A DNA stretch of 64,000 nt from Eledone cirrhosa. Lineage: Eukaryota. The notes beneath the pieces were generated by a model. The model saw only the letters and a list, made by a program, of their open reading frames with translations. It was not told the origin of the DNA and did not search any database. Below are positions 27,219 to 41,000 of this stretch, piece after piece. Position 1 is the first letter of the stretch; the number at the start of each line of letters is the position of its first letter. The position numbers and the translations under genes are program-made. The stretch spans positions 294,438,001 through 294,502,000 of the forward strand of contig OZ024743.1 of assembly GCA_964016885.1 (NCBI GenBank), read 5' to 3'.

Positions 27219-30200
27219 CTCTTTGTATGTTAGTGTACGCGTGTGTATGTGTGTGTGTATATATATGTGTGTGTGTATATGTGTGTATGTGTGTGTGTGT
27301 GTGTGGGTGGACCAGTATTTTCGTGATACTGGTAAAAATGGTGTACATTATTTGATATTTTCAGTAAAAAACGATTCTCTTAATAGAACATCAAAAACCT
27401 TAATAATAAAAGGTGTGAAATGTTATATAGTATTGTCATAACACCAAGGTGTGTGTGAGTGTCCAGATTGTACGTACTGCAAGGGGAATCCATTAGGCCC
27501 TGCCGTATTGGAATACTTGTGTACAAATATGTATGTGCCCATCAGTGTGCAATGCATGTGTGCGTATATGTATGTGTGTGTTGGCACATTTATATCTATA
27601 GACATCAAAAGGTATACAAATTTGTGTATATTTGTATTGCACCATAGAACATATGTGTTTACGCATGTCATTGCGTTTATATGTGGATAGAGATGTATGT
27701 AGGATGTATGCTGTTGTAGGTATGTATGTTGACGTGTGTATGTTGTGGGTTCGTCTTAGGAAGAAGTGTTTAGACGGGGTCCGTATTTGTTAATAAAGTA
27801 AGATTCCCTGCTGATGTGTTGGGTGGGGGTGGCATTATCTTTAAATTTGTAGAGGGGAAAGATTCTGAAGTTGGGATGATTTTGGGCGGCACAGGTATCA
27901 ATGTGTTCACTCAGTGGTATTTTCCTGTATTCCCGTATTTTAATTTGGGTCATGCATTGGCGAAGGCTGTTTTTGGTCTGGCCTATGTATTGTTCTCGAC
28001 AACCTGAGCAAGTTAATACATATATTGGATTTTATGATGCGCATGTGAAATTGTGTTTTACTATAAAACGTTGTCCTTCTTTGAAATAGAATTCCGAACC
28101 CTCTATTAGGTTGATGCATATGCCACAGTTGGGTCTATCTCATTTTCTTACTGTGGATTTCGTTGTTGTGGTTGGCAGTACTTTGGCATGTGTTAGGATG
28201 TTTTTCATTGACTTAGATTGTCTTTTGCTCTTTATGATATCGTGTGTTCGTAGGATTTGGTTCATTCTATGGTCCTTTTTTAACACAGGGATGTTCTGGA
28301 GGATGGTGTAAAAGGCCTCATTGTCGAGGGGGTTGTGTGTGGAGATGTATGGAAGAGCTTTTAGTTTCGGTTGATTTACTTTAGGGTGTCTAAGGTCCTG
28401 GGTACTGAGTTTTAGGGCACGTTTAATTCCATTGTCAATTAGTGATGCAGGGTAGTCCCTGCCTATGAGTGTGTCCTTTAGTTCTTGTAGCCGTAAGTAG
28501 CAGATGTTTTTATTGGAGACTATAGTACAGATTCTCTTGGCTAAGTTGTAGGGAATATTAATTTTAACGTGTCTAGGGTGGCAAGAGTTGAAAGGAAGAT
28601 ATTGCTTGGAGTCTGTGGGCTTGTAGTATATGTCTGTTTCTATTTTTGTTGTTATGAAGCTTAATGAGGATGTCGAGGAAGGGGAGTTGTTGATGGCTGT
28701 ATTCCATCGTAAAGTTAATATTCGTGATGAGCCCATTTATAAGGGTGTGAAATTCTTTAAGTTTCTCGATGCTTTCGTGCCAAAGGATGAAGCAGTCATC
28801 TAGATATCGCGTCCAGTTCCTTTCTATGTGTAAGTGGAGAGTGTTTCCAAATTAGTTTTGTACTTTAGTGTAGAGGGTGATTTCCAGGTATCCCATGACT
28901 AGGTTAGCATAAGTGGGGGCTGTTTTCCTTCACATAGCAGTCCCAGATTTCTGCCTATAGGATTTGTTATTGAAAACGAAGTAATTGATCTCCAAGATAA
29001 ATTTGAGTCCCTCTATCACGAATTCCTTTGTGATGCCTTGTGGGAGTTCATTGTGGTAATGATCCAGCCAGAATTGGATAGCTTCTATTCCTAGGTTGTG
29101 GGGGATGTTGGAGTATAGGTTGACTACATCGAACGTCACTAATAGGGTTTGTTCAGAAAGGGTCATATTAGGGAGGTGATTGAGCATATCTAAGTCTTCC
29201 CTTATATAGCTTTTGATGTGTTTGAGAAAAGCCTTGAGAAGGGTGTCAATGAACTTGCCAAGGCGGTGGGTTTCGCAAGCGAGCCTGCTATTATAGGTCT
29301 TAATTTGAGATCATTGGGGGAGGGGACATTGATGACTATGTCTGCGGCTTCCTTGCATGCCTTACTTATTAATTTGCTTTTATGTACTTTAGGGATACCG
29401 TAGAAAAGGCTGAATTTATTTGTGAAGTCTGTGATGAAGCTGAATTCCTTGTTAGTGAGTCCTTCTTTGTATTGGTCAGAGATTTTAGGTCTCTCATAAT
29501 TTCCTGTTGATTGTAGTGTTCAGCCTTTTCGTAGTATGTTTCGTTTTCCAAAGTGGAGAGCGCTAAGTTGATATAGAATTATGTCTCCATTAGGACTACT
29601 GTACTCCTTTTATCAGCTTTATTAATTGTAATGGTTCTGTCGGTTTTTAATCTATTTAATTCTTCCCATTCTTTCTTGCTGAGGTTTGGCTTGTGCTTTT
29701 GTCTGTGCAAGTGTTGGTAAGGGAAGTTTGTGATGTGTTTACAGAATTCGTCCAGGATTTTATTTATACTTTTTGATGGGGTGTAGTTGCTTCTATTTCT
29801 GGCTAATGATTCATCCTCATTGTACTGGTGGAATAGTTCTTCACTGAGTCGTAACTTTCTACAGAAGTCTGTGATGTCTTCCTTCATTTCATAGTAGTTA
29901 GGACGTAGTGGGTTCGGTGTGAATTTAAGACCTTTGGAGAGTAAGTTGATAAGGTTGGGTGTTGGTTCTGCACTAGTTAGATTGATAATTTTTATTACTC
30001 TCGGTTTCTCCTCCCTGTCTTGTGTTATTTTGTTTGCCTGTATCTGCGTGCTGTGTCTAAAAAATGGTTGGGGTAGAGGGGTTGTCTGCTGATGTTAAGT
30101 GGTCTCCTGTGTTTGTTATATTACTTGTTGTTTTAAAATGTGGTTCGGGTTCGTGGTTGTAGATTGAATGCGGTGTTCCTGTATTGCGAGTATGGAGGTG

Positions 30201-31452
30201 TGTTTCTATGTGCCATGTTGGATTGTGGTGTTATAGGTGGCCTACGTTGTTGGTTGTATCGTGTGGTGTGGGTTTGTTGTGTATTGTGGAAGCGAGAGTT
30301 GAGAAAATGGAAATTACCTTGCTGTCCCGTTGAAGCGGGGAAGTTGTTACATCTATCATGGTGGTGGTATATTTTCCCTATGTTTGTCGATGAGGCATCC
30401 GCGTAGTTGTTGAGTGGTTTGGTATGGTGTCTCCTTGAAGGGGGAAAGTTGTAAATGTCATTCTGGGGGTGATGATTTCTAGGGTTTTTGTTCCTTCTTA
30501 TGGTAGCGAGGTTGGGAAGTTCATCTTCAGTGTGGTGTTTCCTACTTCTTTTGTTGTTGGTGGGGGGGTTGGGAAGTTGTTGTGCGGTTCGGTTAGGGTT
30601 TTCCTATTTTTATGAACGGGTTATTGGAGGTGTAATCCGTTTGAAAAGTCGATTCATAGTTTAGGAACCAAGCGGCACTTTTTTCCCAGCGTTGAAGGGA
30701 TTTCAGTTCTTCTCTGTTGCAGTCCCCTTTCCATAATTTAGAGATCTTCTCTACCTTGGGGCCTTCAGTCTTATTGTTGATTTCCAGGAGGATCTCTTCA
30801 TCGATGGTTTTGATTTTTTCCTCATTTGTCTGGGCCCTCAGTTTAAGAAGTTCAATTTCTGTCTTCATTTTTTCCAATGCCATTCTTTCCCTAAGGTGTC
30901 TTTGAGGTTCGGGTTCATTTGGAATGGACTTTATTTGTATGTTACGGGGTAGAGTTAGTGGGGTTGAGTTAAGCTATTTTTCATATATCTTCGCTTTGTT
31001 GTGATTTTGTATCATCTTCCAGAATGAGAACTTTCTGTCTCTGAGGGATTTGTTCCATTCTGGAATTGTTCAAATTTTCATTTTGTATGAATCAATCTCA
31101 CATGGTTCTTCGTTGTTTTTTCCTGGGTTGGTAGTAGTGAACATAGTTTGGATAGTATCGCAAAGGTTTTGAAGTTTATCGCCGATTTAGGAGGGTTTGT
31201 ATCCGGTGACGGTTTTCTCATTTGTGGAGTCAAGTTTGTCGACCAGCACAGATAGGTTGGTGTTAATTTTCTTGAGCTCCTGTAGAATCTCTTCATTTGT
31301 GTTGATATGAGTTGTATCTGTTTTTGTTGGCATTTTCTGTATCTCGTGTGAGGATATGATATTTAAAAGAATAGAGGTGTAACACACGAGTTATTTTATA
31401 TTGGTAAAAGGAAAAGAAAATCCTGACAAATTGTTCCCAGTGAAAAATAGTT
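26461..31452 (-). mobile_element. Near full-length Neptune-like Penelope element (~5 kb), pseudogenised
   Basis: Terminal direct repeat 26461-26552 / 31360-31451, with (TA)n on both sides. ORF pieces from ~31333 to 27756: LLSKGLKFTP, INKADK..TVVLM, FYGIPKVHK, LRPIIAG, LVTFDVVNLYSNIP, YRQKSGTAM, RYLDDC, YYKPTDSKQYL..SCHP, GIY-YIG. Confidence 0.92.
27756..31333 (-). pseudogene. Neptune-like PLE polyprotein (N-terminal region, RT, Cys linker, GIY-YIG) with frameshifts and stops
   Basis: ORF fragments 31187-31387, 30593-30883, 29579-29887, 29369-29551, 28930-29187, 28140-28736 and 27756-27953 are colinear with the PLE domain order. Confidence 0.9.
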
Positions 31453-31515
31453 ATATATATAACTATGTATATATGTATATATATATGTATATATATATAT
31501 GTATATATATGTATG

Positions 31516-31549
<34 letters not shown>

Positions 31550-31643
31550 CATATATATGTGTGTGTGTATATATATATGTGTGTGCATATATATATATAT
31601 AATATATACGGCTGTATAAATATATATATATAATATAAACGTC

Positions 31644-31745
<102 letters not shown>

Positions 31746-33551
31746 GTTCCTACGAAAAGTTTGATAAGAGCTCTTGCTAGCTGTTCGAACCTGATTATGT
31801 TAGGAGAAATCAAAATGTTCACATGAACTGCAATTTATTGGTTGCGTGGGATGCGTTTGAAGCTTCAAAAATTGGTATAAGCAGACCTGTCAACTTCTGC
31901 AAAGCCAATCGGGGAATACCATGAACAAAAGTGCCTCAAAACGGGGAAAACTCGGGAGATTTTACATAAGGAAAGCTATACATATTTTCACAAGAGAGGA
32001 CATCACTCCCCCTCCCCCGTGGGAGATCTCCCCGTCTGACGGAGAGAGTTGACAGATCTGTATAAGCGCCTTTGATTTGGTCATTTGTGAGTTGGGAAAG
32101 AAGTACCTATATGTACGTCTTATAATTATCGTAGCTACAAGGGAGAACAAAATGATATCTGCGAATCATGTTTTGTCAGCCACGTGGTGTAGTTTATTTA
32201 TTGTGTAAAATAAGTTTAATTTACGTACACATTACTTCGCTATCATGTATTTCTGAGTTCTATTCCCCCGCGTGGCATCGGACGCATGTATTGTTTTTAC
32301 CATTGCTTTGGGACGACTCCTGTCTTATGAGTTAAAATAGTATGTGAGTGAATCCCCGTCGGATGGATTGCACATGTATCAATAATTAAAAGATCCGCCC
32401 TTGCACATATTGTACCACGTTAATTTAAATTGGGGATTACGGTAAAGGTACTTGAACACTTGCATGTAAATCCACGAGCTGGTTGTTCAATTGATCTAGC
32501 AATTCACCATTGATTCTTTTATTTGATACAGTTGAATTTTAACCAAATCTCCGCCAAAAATCAAAATATTGTTTTATGAAAGGAAGAGTACATTCGATAA
32601 TTCAAATCCTGATACACTTACAAAACGATGGGTTTGTTACAGTTGGAATGTATTTGATCATTGCTTTACTCGATCATGGATATCCTGGAGATAACTCAAC
32701 GATCTGAAGGCAATTTCAGAACAAGATTTGAACCCGGAGCAACTATTCATCTATGTAGAAGCTAAAGCGTATTGAGTCTCGTGCCATGTCATCCACACTA
32801 TGAAACAAACTGAATGCAGATGTAACATTGTGTATTTGTAGCTATGCATATGATGGTATTAAGATGCTTTAATCTATACATTTACAGATATATTTATATA
32901 TGCATTTGGTTTCAAGCCTTATCATGCGTTTCTATGTATGTATAAATACTATTGCGTGTATTCAGATGTATGTGTATACTTTGGCGCAGGGAATCATGCT
33001 AACATACTTACAAGTAGGCATGCAAGCCATAGCAACTCATAATCGCTGTGCATACAAATGCATACACGAGACACGGCGTGCATTGAAGGAGCCTCTAGGA
33101 TGTCTCTCGACACTGCAGATGCATATGTTAAAAATGGCCAACGCATCACTGCTCATATATGCCTATGCCCCTGAGTACCCATTTGAATCAATACGATTTA
33201 ATATATATGCCTCATAGATATAGTAGATTATATTTGATATATATGTATGCTAATGTATTCTTTCATTTCTGTGCATATGTGTATAAGTATGCACGAGTGT
33301 GCATGTGTCCGTATGTGCGTATACCAGTTTGTGTGTATTGCTCAAATTAATCCCTATTTATTTGCGTGTGTTTGCCTATTTGAATGCTTCAAGTGATTGT
33401 GTGTATATTCCTACCTGTATATATATGTATGGATGTATGTATGATCTATGAATGTTGTATGCATAAAGGTGTATAAAGTTCAGTCGATATGTCTGCGATT
33501 GTGATTATGATCGTGAATGAATGATCGTGAATGATACATCGAATATATATA

Positions 33552-34794
33552 TAGGGAAAAGTATGACCCCCCACGGCAGAGCTCAAGCCGTTTCGACGGC
33601 TATTTCTGGACTAAATTAGAATGTTTAGCCTGGTGAATAAATAGCCGAACTTTTCAAGGGGGTACTTCCTGAAATGGGAAGATTGTAGTTGTCAAGAGGA
33701 TTGGTTAAAATTTGTTGTAAACACAAATAAGTCTATCATAGCATTTGGTGGGAGGTAGGGTGGCTGAACTTGCCTGTAGAACAATAGGGGAGTGAGTGGA
33801 GCGGTCAAGCGTTGAAAGTGATATGTATACATAAGATTCTAAGGCTAGTGTATAAAATTAGATAGTGAGAAATGAATAAAAAAAATCCCAATGCTATCTT
33901 ACAATTACAGGTTAATAAGTTAAGATTAGAAAAAACTTGTAAAAATTGAGTAGTACCAGAAGTGATACAGAATTAAAGGGGTTTAACACGTCTGCTATAA
34001 GTAGTTAGTAACACGTATTCGGCCAATTCTATCTTAAAATTACAGGGGTGGGGGAACTGATGCTACAGAGGCCCGATGGGATGCATCGGGGCAAGCGAAG
34101 GGGAAAAGCAGACGAGAAGAAAATAGGGGTGGAAAGAAACAGGGGGAAGAAGAAGACAAAGAGAAAAGAAAAGAAAAGAGATACATCTACATAAGTAAGC
34201 TGGGGTTTCCCCTAACTTATTCGGCAAGTAGGGGGTATCATCCCTTTTCTACCCACCCGGGTCGTTATAGGGTTTGAGGGCGAGGTAATTCCTGCGCAAT
34301 CTGTATTTGCATGCGGTTACCAGTTCCTCTTTCTTGTTTAGGAGTTGGTCTTCGAAAACAGCATTAGAAATGCTGTTTTGGAAGGACCATTCTATAACCT
34401 CCCTCCTCCACTTCATACACTAGCCTTAGAATCTGCTGTATACATATCACTTTCAACGCTTGACCGATCCACTCACTCCCTTATTGTTCTACAGGCAAGT
34501 TCAGCCACCCTTACCTCCCACCAAATGCCATGATAGACTTATTTTGAGTTTACAACATATTTTAACCAATCCTCTTGACAACTACAATCTTCCCATATAA
34601 GGAAGTACCCCTTGAAAAGTTTGGCTTTTTATTCACCAGGCTAAAAATTCTAATTTAGTCCAGAAATAGCCGTCGAAACGGCTTGAGCTCTGCCGTCGGG
34701 GCCTTACTTGTTCCTACTTCCCACTCTACTACCCTAAGTATTGAGAACTCTGGTGCGTTTTGGTCCATCTGGTTCCTTACCACAATTCCTTTGT

Positions 34795-34797
<3 letters not shown>
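33552..34797. mobile_element. H10 element: ~300 bp inverted arms (33552-33850 / 34420-34712) around a ~570 bp non-coding core
   Basis: The arms are reverse complements. The tail 34712-34797 is related to 13585-13672. Flanked by (TA)n. Confidence 0.85.
34608..34701 (+). ncRNA. Type I hammerhead ribozyme with U3-A8 core variant (H10); inverted copy at 33567-33662
   Basis: cccc-TTGAAAA-g..ggct.ttt...aaatagccgtc-GAAA-cggc ttgagctct gccg-TC-gggg. The triplet is GUC. Confidence 0.75.
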
Positions 34798-34847
<50 letters not shown>

Positions 34848-35032
34848 GTATATAAATGTATCTCTCTCTATATATATATATGTACATCGATATATATATA
34901 CATCCATACATATATATATATACATCCATATATATATATATATATATATATATAATGTGTGTGTGTACATTGATATATGCATGTGTATACATGGATGTAT
35001 GTATGCATACATATACATATATACATCCATAC

Positions 35033-35085
<53 letters not shown>

Positions 35086-35088
<3 letters not shown>

Positions 35089-35552
35089 TGGCTGCCAACT
35101 CGTTTTCGAGTACGGCCACTACTTTATATCCATGTAGGAGAACCCCAACCAATGCGCTGAACGAGTGAACTTTTTAGTTCAGCCAGCGACTTGAAAACTC
35201 TGGTACAAACACTACACCTGTGACAATTATTGACACATAGTGCTGGGCCAATGGTACCATGTGACGACAAGTGCCGAGAGATCAGAGATCTCCAGATATA
35301 AAGCAATGCCTGTGCCGTGAAGCTTTTATAGTGAGCAAAGGCACTGCACAAAGCCAGTCCCACTCTCTTAACCAAGATAATATTTACCAAAAAGAAGAAC
35401 AAGTCAACATCATTGGATACCATCAGGGTTGCAGGTGTTATATCAGAGTTTTCCTTCTCCTAGAATTCTGCCTTGACAAAGGCTCAGGGGTCATCTCTCC
35501 CAGTGATTTTGGATGGCCATTGACTATAAAGAGCTCTTTTGCCCTTTGACGT
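35086..35552 (-). mobile_element. Degenerate LINE 3' end (RTE-like) with C2H2-like zinc finger
   Basis: [18 protein letters not shown] near the 3' end, in GC-richer sequence running into (TA)n. Confidence 0.45.
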
Positions 35553-36709
35553 AAGTATATATATATATATATATACTTACGTCTGTGTGTGCTTATTTAT
35601 ATTGTATTTCTTATTCAGAATACCTGTTTGAGGATGAACTTGCGCTGTATCTGCATTCATTCTCTTCTAAATGTATTACCATGTTAACCTACCTCTTCCC
35701 ATTACTAACCCCTTCTTACTTTTCATGCTTATGTTGTTTGGTTGTTCGTCATATCACTCTTGTACCCATGACTCATTCAGATGTTCAAGCTCTAACTTAC
35801 TACAGTCTGTATTTATAGGTGAATATGAATATACATTCATATATGAACTGATAACCACAAATTCTTGCACACAGCCGTATACGAGTACACAATCTCACAC
35901 ACATGTATTTGTATACCTATAAATATGCATGTATATGTATACTTTGTATATGTATATGTACGCAGCGTACACATGTTCATATGCATATATATATATATTT
36001 ATGTATGTCTGTGAATCTCTCTTTCTCTCCCCCCTCTCTCTCTCTCTCTGTATATACAGAGTGCGTATATATATATATATATATTCACGCACACAAAATA
36101 CGTAAATACATAAACACATACACATACATATTTTCAAGCTGTGTGTGTGTTTGTGACTATAGCGCCATCCCCAAACTACTTACTTATATGACTAATTTAT
36201 AACCAAATAATATATATTATTAAGCGCACGTATATGTATATTATTAAATACATACGTACTGGTGGTAAACCCAATTACAACAATATACACAATGCACGCA
36301 AACACACACACACACTTATACTTTCACATACACACATTATTTTTCCCACCATCGTGATCACCTATAATTAAGACAACTTCCTCTCGTTATTGCCGGCGTC
36401 TTCCTGTTCCTCCTTCACATCCGTACCTCCTCTTCTCTCCCCTTTCCCTTACCGTCATCAATATATTCCTCCTCCTAAACATGTTCATCATTCGTCTTTG
36501 TCATCATCATCATCAACAAATATCATTAGAATCATCAGTCTCCCACTATTAGTGATCATTTCTTTATGATTTTCCTCTATATATTCCCATTTTATTGTTT
36601 TATTTCCTCTTCTACTATATAATTGCCACTGGAGTATTTTTGTGTAGAATATTTGAATATTTGAATTCATAGAAATATCTACAGTAATTGTAATAATTAC
36701 TTTTAAAAT

Positions 36710-37300
36710 CAGGCACATGGCCTGGAATTTGGTTAGGGTGAAAGTCGATTCTATTGAACCAGGTACTTAACTGGTACTTTATTATATCAAAATATAATTG
36801 GATAGGATGAAAGTCAAAGTTAAACTAGTTGGAACTCGTGACGTAAAGAGAGGTGTAACTGAATGTTGCAAAACATGTTCTTCGAAGCTCTAACGATTCT
36901 GACAATCCAGCACCTTTCTCAGAAACAGTAATAAGGGTTTCAAAATTAGGCACAATGCCTGCAAGTTCGGGGAGGTTTAAGGCGATTATATCGACCAAGC
37001 ACTTGACTGGTACTTTATTTTATCGACCTTGAAAGGATGAAAAACAACATTGATCTCGGTGGAATTTGAACGCAAGTAAATGCTTCTAATAAGGATTTAT
37101 AATTTCGGCCGAGGGCCAGAAAGTTAGGAGGAGGGATGAAGTCGGTTATATCGATCCAAGTATTTGGCTGCTATATATGTATTTTATCGACTCCCCAAAA
37201 CATGAAAAGAAAATTTAACCATGGCAGGATTTGAACTCTAAGAGTGTAGAGAGATGTAACAAATATTGCAAAACACTTTATCTGAAGATCTAACGTTTCT
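36710..37300 (-). mobile_element. Cluster of three old degenerate SINE copies
   Basis: Repeated ctggtactttattttatcgac...ggatgaaa...gatttgaac motifs. Confidence 0.65.
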
Positions 37301-37464
37301 ACCACTATAATACACGAAACATACTAGTAGATTTGTGTGCTGTAACTTAGCTACTGTTGAAGGAATTTTGCCATCGTTCTAACTCATTTAATCCTTCAAT
37401 TACATGCAACACCTCAAAGCAGGAAATTAGTAGGAATAGTTCTAGGAATGCTATTCCTACATTT

Positions 37465-38000
37465 ATTATTGTTGTTTAGCCCAAGGTAGCTGTGATAAAG
37501 CAAATCTATGATTGTAACATTTCAGGCGTGACAAACCCGCCAGTTCCGTTTATTATACGGAACATCTGAAAGTTGAAAGTTAGAACTAAACATTTTAGAA
37601 ATGCTTTAATATCACATGGCTAGATCATATGAGCATTTTTTAGTCCAAGCAACTCTGATAAAGCAGCCCTATGATCTCAGCCTTTTCAGGCGTGAATAAA
37701 ACGTCTTTTTCTTCAAATACAGGTGACATCTCAAAGCCGGAAATTGGTATGAAACATTCTAGAAATGTTACTAACTCACATGTCTAGACCGTATGGTAGT
37801 TGTCTAATTCTGGGCGACTTTGATAAAGCAGAACAATTATCAAAGGCAGTTCCAGATATGATCATATCAACTTTTGTTTTAAAATTCTATCGTCAAACAC
37901 GTCAAAGTCGGAAATTAGTACAAAATATTCTACAAATGATATCAGTAATATTGTTGTTTAGTCCCAAACAGCTGTGATATAGCAAAACAATTATCAAAAG
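37465..38000 (+). repeat. Degenerate tandem array (~160 bp period, ~3.3 units)
   Basis: ttgttgtttag.cc....ctgtgataaagca...tatgatc... recurs at ~37468, 37638, 37798 and 37951. A related inverted copy lies near 32625-32700. Confidence 0.6.
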
Positions 38001-41000
38001 TTAAAACAGTTTCAAATGTTATATGAAGGTACGCGGTCTCATGATATTAACGTCATGGTGTTGATTCGCTGATTTATTCTTGAATAAAGTATTTCATTTC
38101 ACGTTGCTTCAATCTATTCGGCTGAAAATGAGTGCCAACATCAGATTTGGGTTAACCTTGCGACAGGCTGGCTTCTCATCCAGGCGGGCATGTTGATTTA
38201 TGATCAAGGGGTATTGTAGCCGATATCATCTAGCACTTTTTTTTAATCATTCAAGGTGTGATATCTTTCTTGTTTGTGAACAAGCAGCATTATCAAAGAG
38301 TGAAAAAGTTCGCTTCTGTTCATAAGATCTTAGGTTCGCTACAAAAGCGTTTCCCCTTTTGAAAGTGTCAATTCATATAGTCATTAGTTGCCTCACGCTT
38401 TGTTAATGAAATTGGATATATAGAAATTGAATATATGTAAATGTACCCGTGGAATGCTCAGCCAAGATAACATTAATTTCAGAAGCAACTGAAACATTCA
38501 CCGCGAATATCACGATCGTTGTGATTCAGTTAATACAGATTTGCTTACTGTTTCAAATACATGGAGAGACAACCTGGAAAAATAGTTCCCAAAGAGAAGC
38601 CTTTCATTTAAATGAATTTTCCTATGCGCTATGCTCGCTACAATTACTCCATATACAGATTAATATACGGTAAGAATATCAATAGAATGAGGAAATTAAA
38701 GAAATATGAATATGCAAAAGGTTGTACTTAATTAGTTAATAAAGTACTTGAAATGATGAACTTACCTCAGGTAGTACTACCGTGTCTAGAACCGAACTTA
38801 AAGACAGGTATATGGTCTCCTGGAATATATAATGTACTGTGACATTCGACTTTATGGAGAAAGGAAATGATTTGAAGGGAATTTACTGCTATTTCTAGCA
38901 CGTTGCGAGGTATTGGCCTACTTGAGGCTATATTAGAAGACACATGTCCGAGGTGTCAGGCAGCAATGCCGTATGCGGATCCACTAGATTGTGATGAGAA
39001 CCACACAAACACGCAGTCGTGACTAAGCAGATCCTGACTATATGCAATATCTTGGTGATCTATACTTCACCGCCACGTCTCAATCCAAGGAAACTGTTTA
39101 CTTAATCTAATCTGTTGATTTTTATATCTGACAGTCACAATTACTAGTCGAAGTGTCCCCTTGTTTATTCCGGTGAGAGGAGGAGGGATATAAAATACGA
39201 AAGAACAGAAACGAAAAAGATACTACTTTGAGAATTCTATTAGCAGCCGTCTCACGAGTGGTACTTTATTCATCGTCCCAAATAGGATTAAAGTAAAAGT
39301 TATCTTCGACAGGACTGGAACTTACAACAGGAACAAATGTTTCAAAGCATTCGTTCCGTTGCTCTAAGTACTCTGCCAATTCACCAACTAGCGTTAATCT
39401 AACATCTTTTAGATACTCTTTCCAAGAATAGAGATGATTTATTTACATGTTCAACTGGAATGTTCTTCGATTCTGTGTCACTTCACATTCCTCCTGATCA
39501 ATATTTATGGAATTATTATTTTAATCCATATACTTTTAAAATAAGAAGCTTGATCTACTACAAGTTAAATTTGATAGACGGAAACTGCGTGGAAGCCAGT
39601 GATTTACAATATTAACTAAATAAAGGTTACTAATTCAGGCGCATGCAGTGCAATTTACGGGAAGGGTAAGTCAATTATATTGACCCAGGAATGATGTACG
39701 GCAAAGAAAATCTCGGCGGAATATGAATTCGGAACTCATTTAGTTAAGCATCCGCAACTAAATAACAAAAATATTTAGTACGATATTTGAAGGATTCTGT
39801 CAATCCATCGCTTTTCCATTAAGCCTTTTTTAAAAATTGAATTTCTATTTAATTTATGAATCAAGAAACTGACAAGGGCCTCCTAAGATTATAATTATAT
39901 TAAGATGGTAGTTTTAGAAAAATTTTATTTTATAAAATGATATTGTAAGGTTGTAATTTAGTTGAAATCATTTTATGTTATGGGGACGATTTGGTATCAA
40001 CCGTGGTAACAGAATAATAGAATGATGTTAGTATTGCTCTTATTTTGGGCTATTATTATATCGAATTACATATTATTTCGCAATATCTGAAAAAGAAAAT
40101 CACGTTTTCATGTAAATATACGTATCTATAATCCGATTTCGTGTAGGCAAGCAATCTGATATGTCCAAGCAACTTGCTAAAATTAATAACAACTGAAATC
40201 ATATGTGGTTGCTCAGTAGGATAAAATAATATTGAAATATCTATCGAATAATACCTTACGTATCCATCCTAACTTCCCAAGTAATAGCATAAAAAATATA
40301 GCAATAGTTGATAATATATTCTTAGAATCAAAATGTCTGCATGAAAAATACAGGTTAGGCACAATTTGACTACTTTTCATCATAGTTTTGATGGAATAAG
40401 GCTCACTTACAATTAAACAAAAGCTTTCTAAAATATAGTGAAGCATTTTAAACAATAAAGTAGCCTAAGGAAATCGGCATTTGCAGTTTTTAAGGTAAAC
40501 CAATAAAGTTAATTACCCAGAGATACCATCCACATGAATAAAGGATAGTCAAGTTCACGCTAACCTATTAAATTTAGTTAGCATCAAAAACATAATTGAA
40601 AATATTTGTTATGAGGAAAATCAACATAAGTTCATTCAATGAATGATATTGTTTTAATCCTACTTGGATGGATATTGTCAGAGATTTCCGTATTTTGCAA
40701 TCTATTTGAGAAGGAAATTCGTTTTAGGGTTTCCGAGAATTATCCGAGAGATCTGGCTTGAATAATTGCAAGGGGTGGCTATTGTTAAACAAGGCAACCG
40801 ATTAGGTTGGTCCCCCACAAAATACCGAATTAAATACCTCGCAACATATGTTGAAATCCCATGTAGGTCAACGTTGTTTTCAGTCCAAAACGGTGGATTA
40901 ATGTAATTGTTAGAGTAACATCTGGCGTGACATTATGTGATATCTCTTTCAGCCTTACATGAACTGATTCTGTTTGCGAAATCACCGCTTCCAAGAGGTA

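Noticed and set aside
34346-34388. Strong hairpin ggtcttcgaaaacagcatt aga aatgctgttttggaaggacc as a terminator or ribozyme
   Set aside because: No catalytic core, and intrinsic terminators are not meaningful in this eukaryotic context. It is internal element structure only.
37465-38000. CRISPR-like periodic repeats
   Set aside because: Eukaryotic context, whole units are homologous (no unique spacers), and there are no cas genes.
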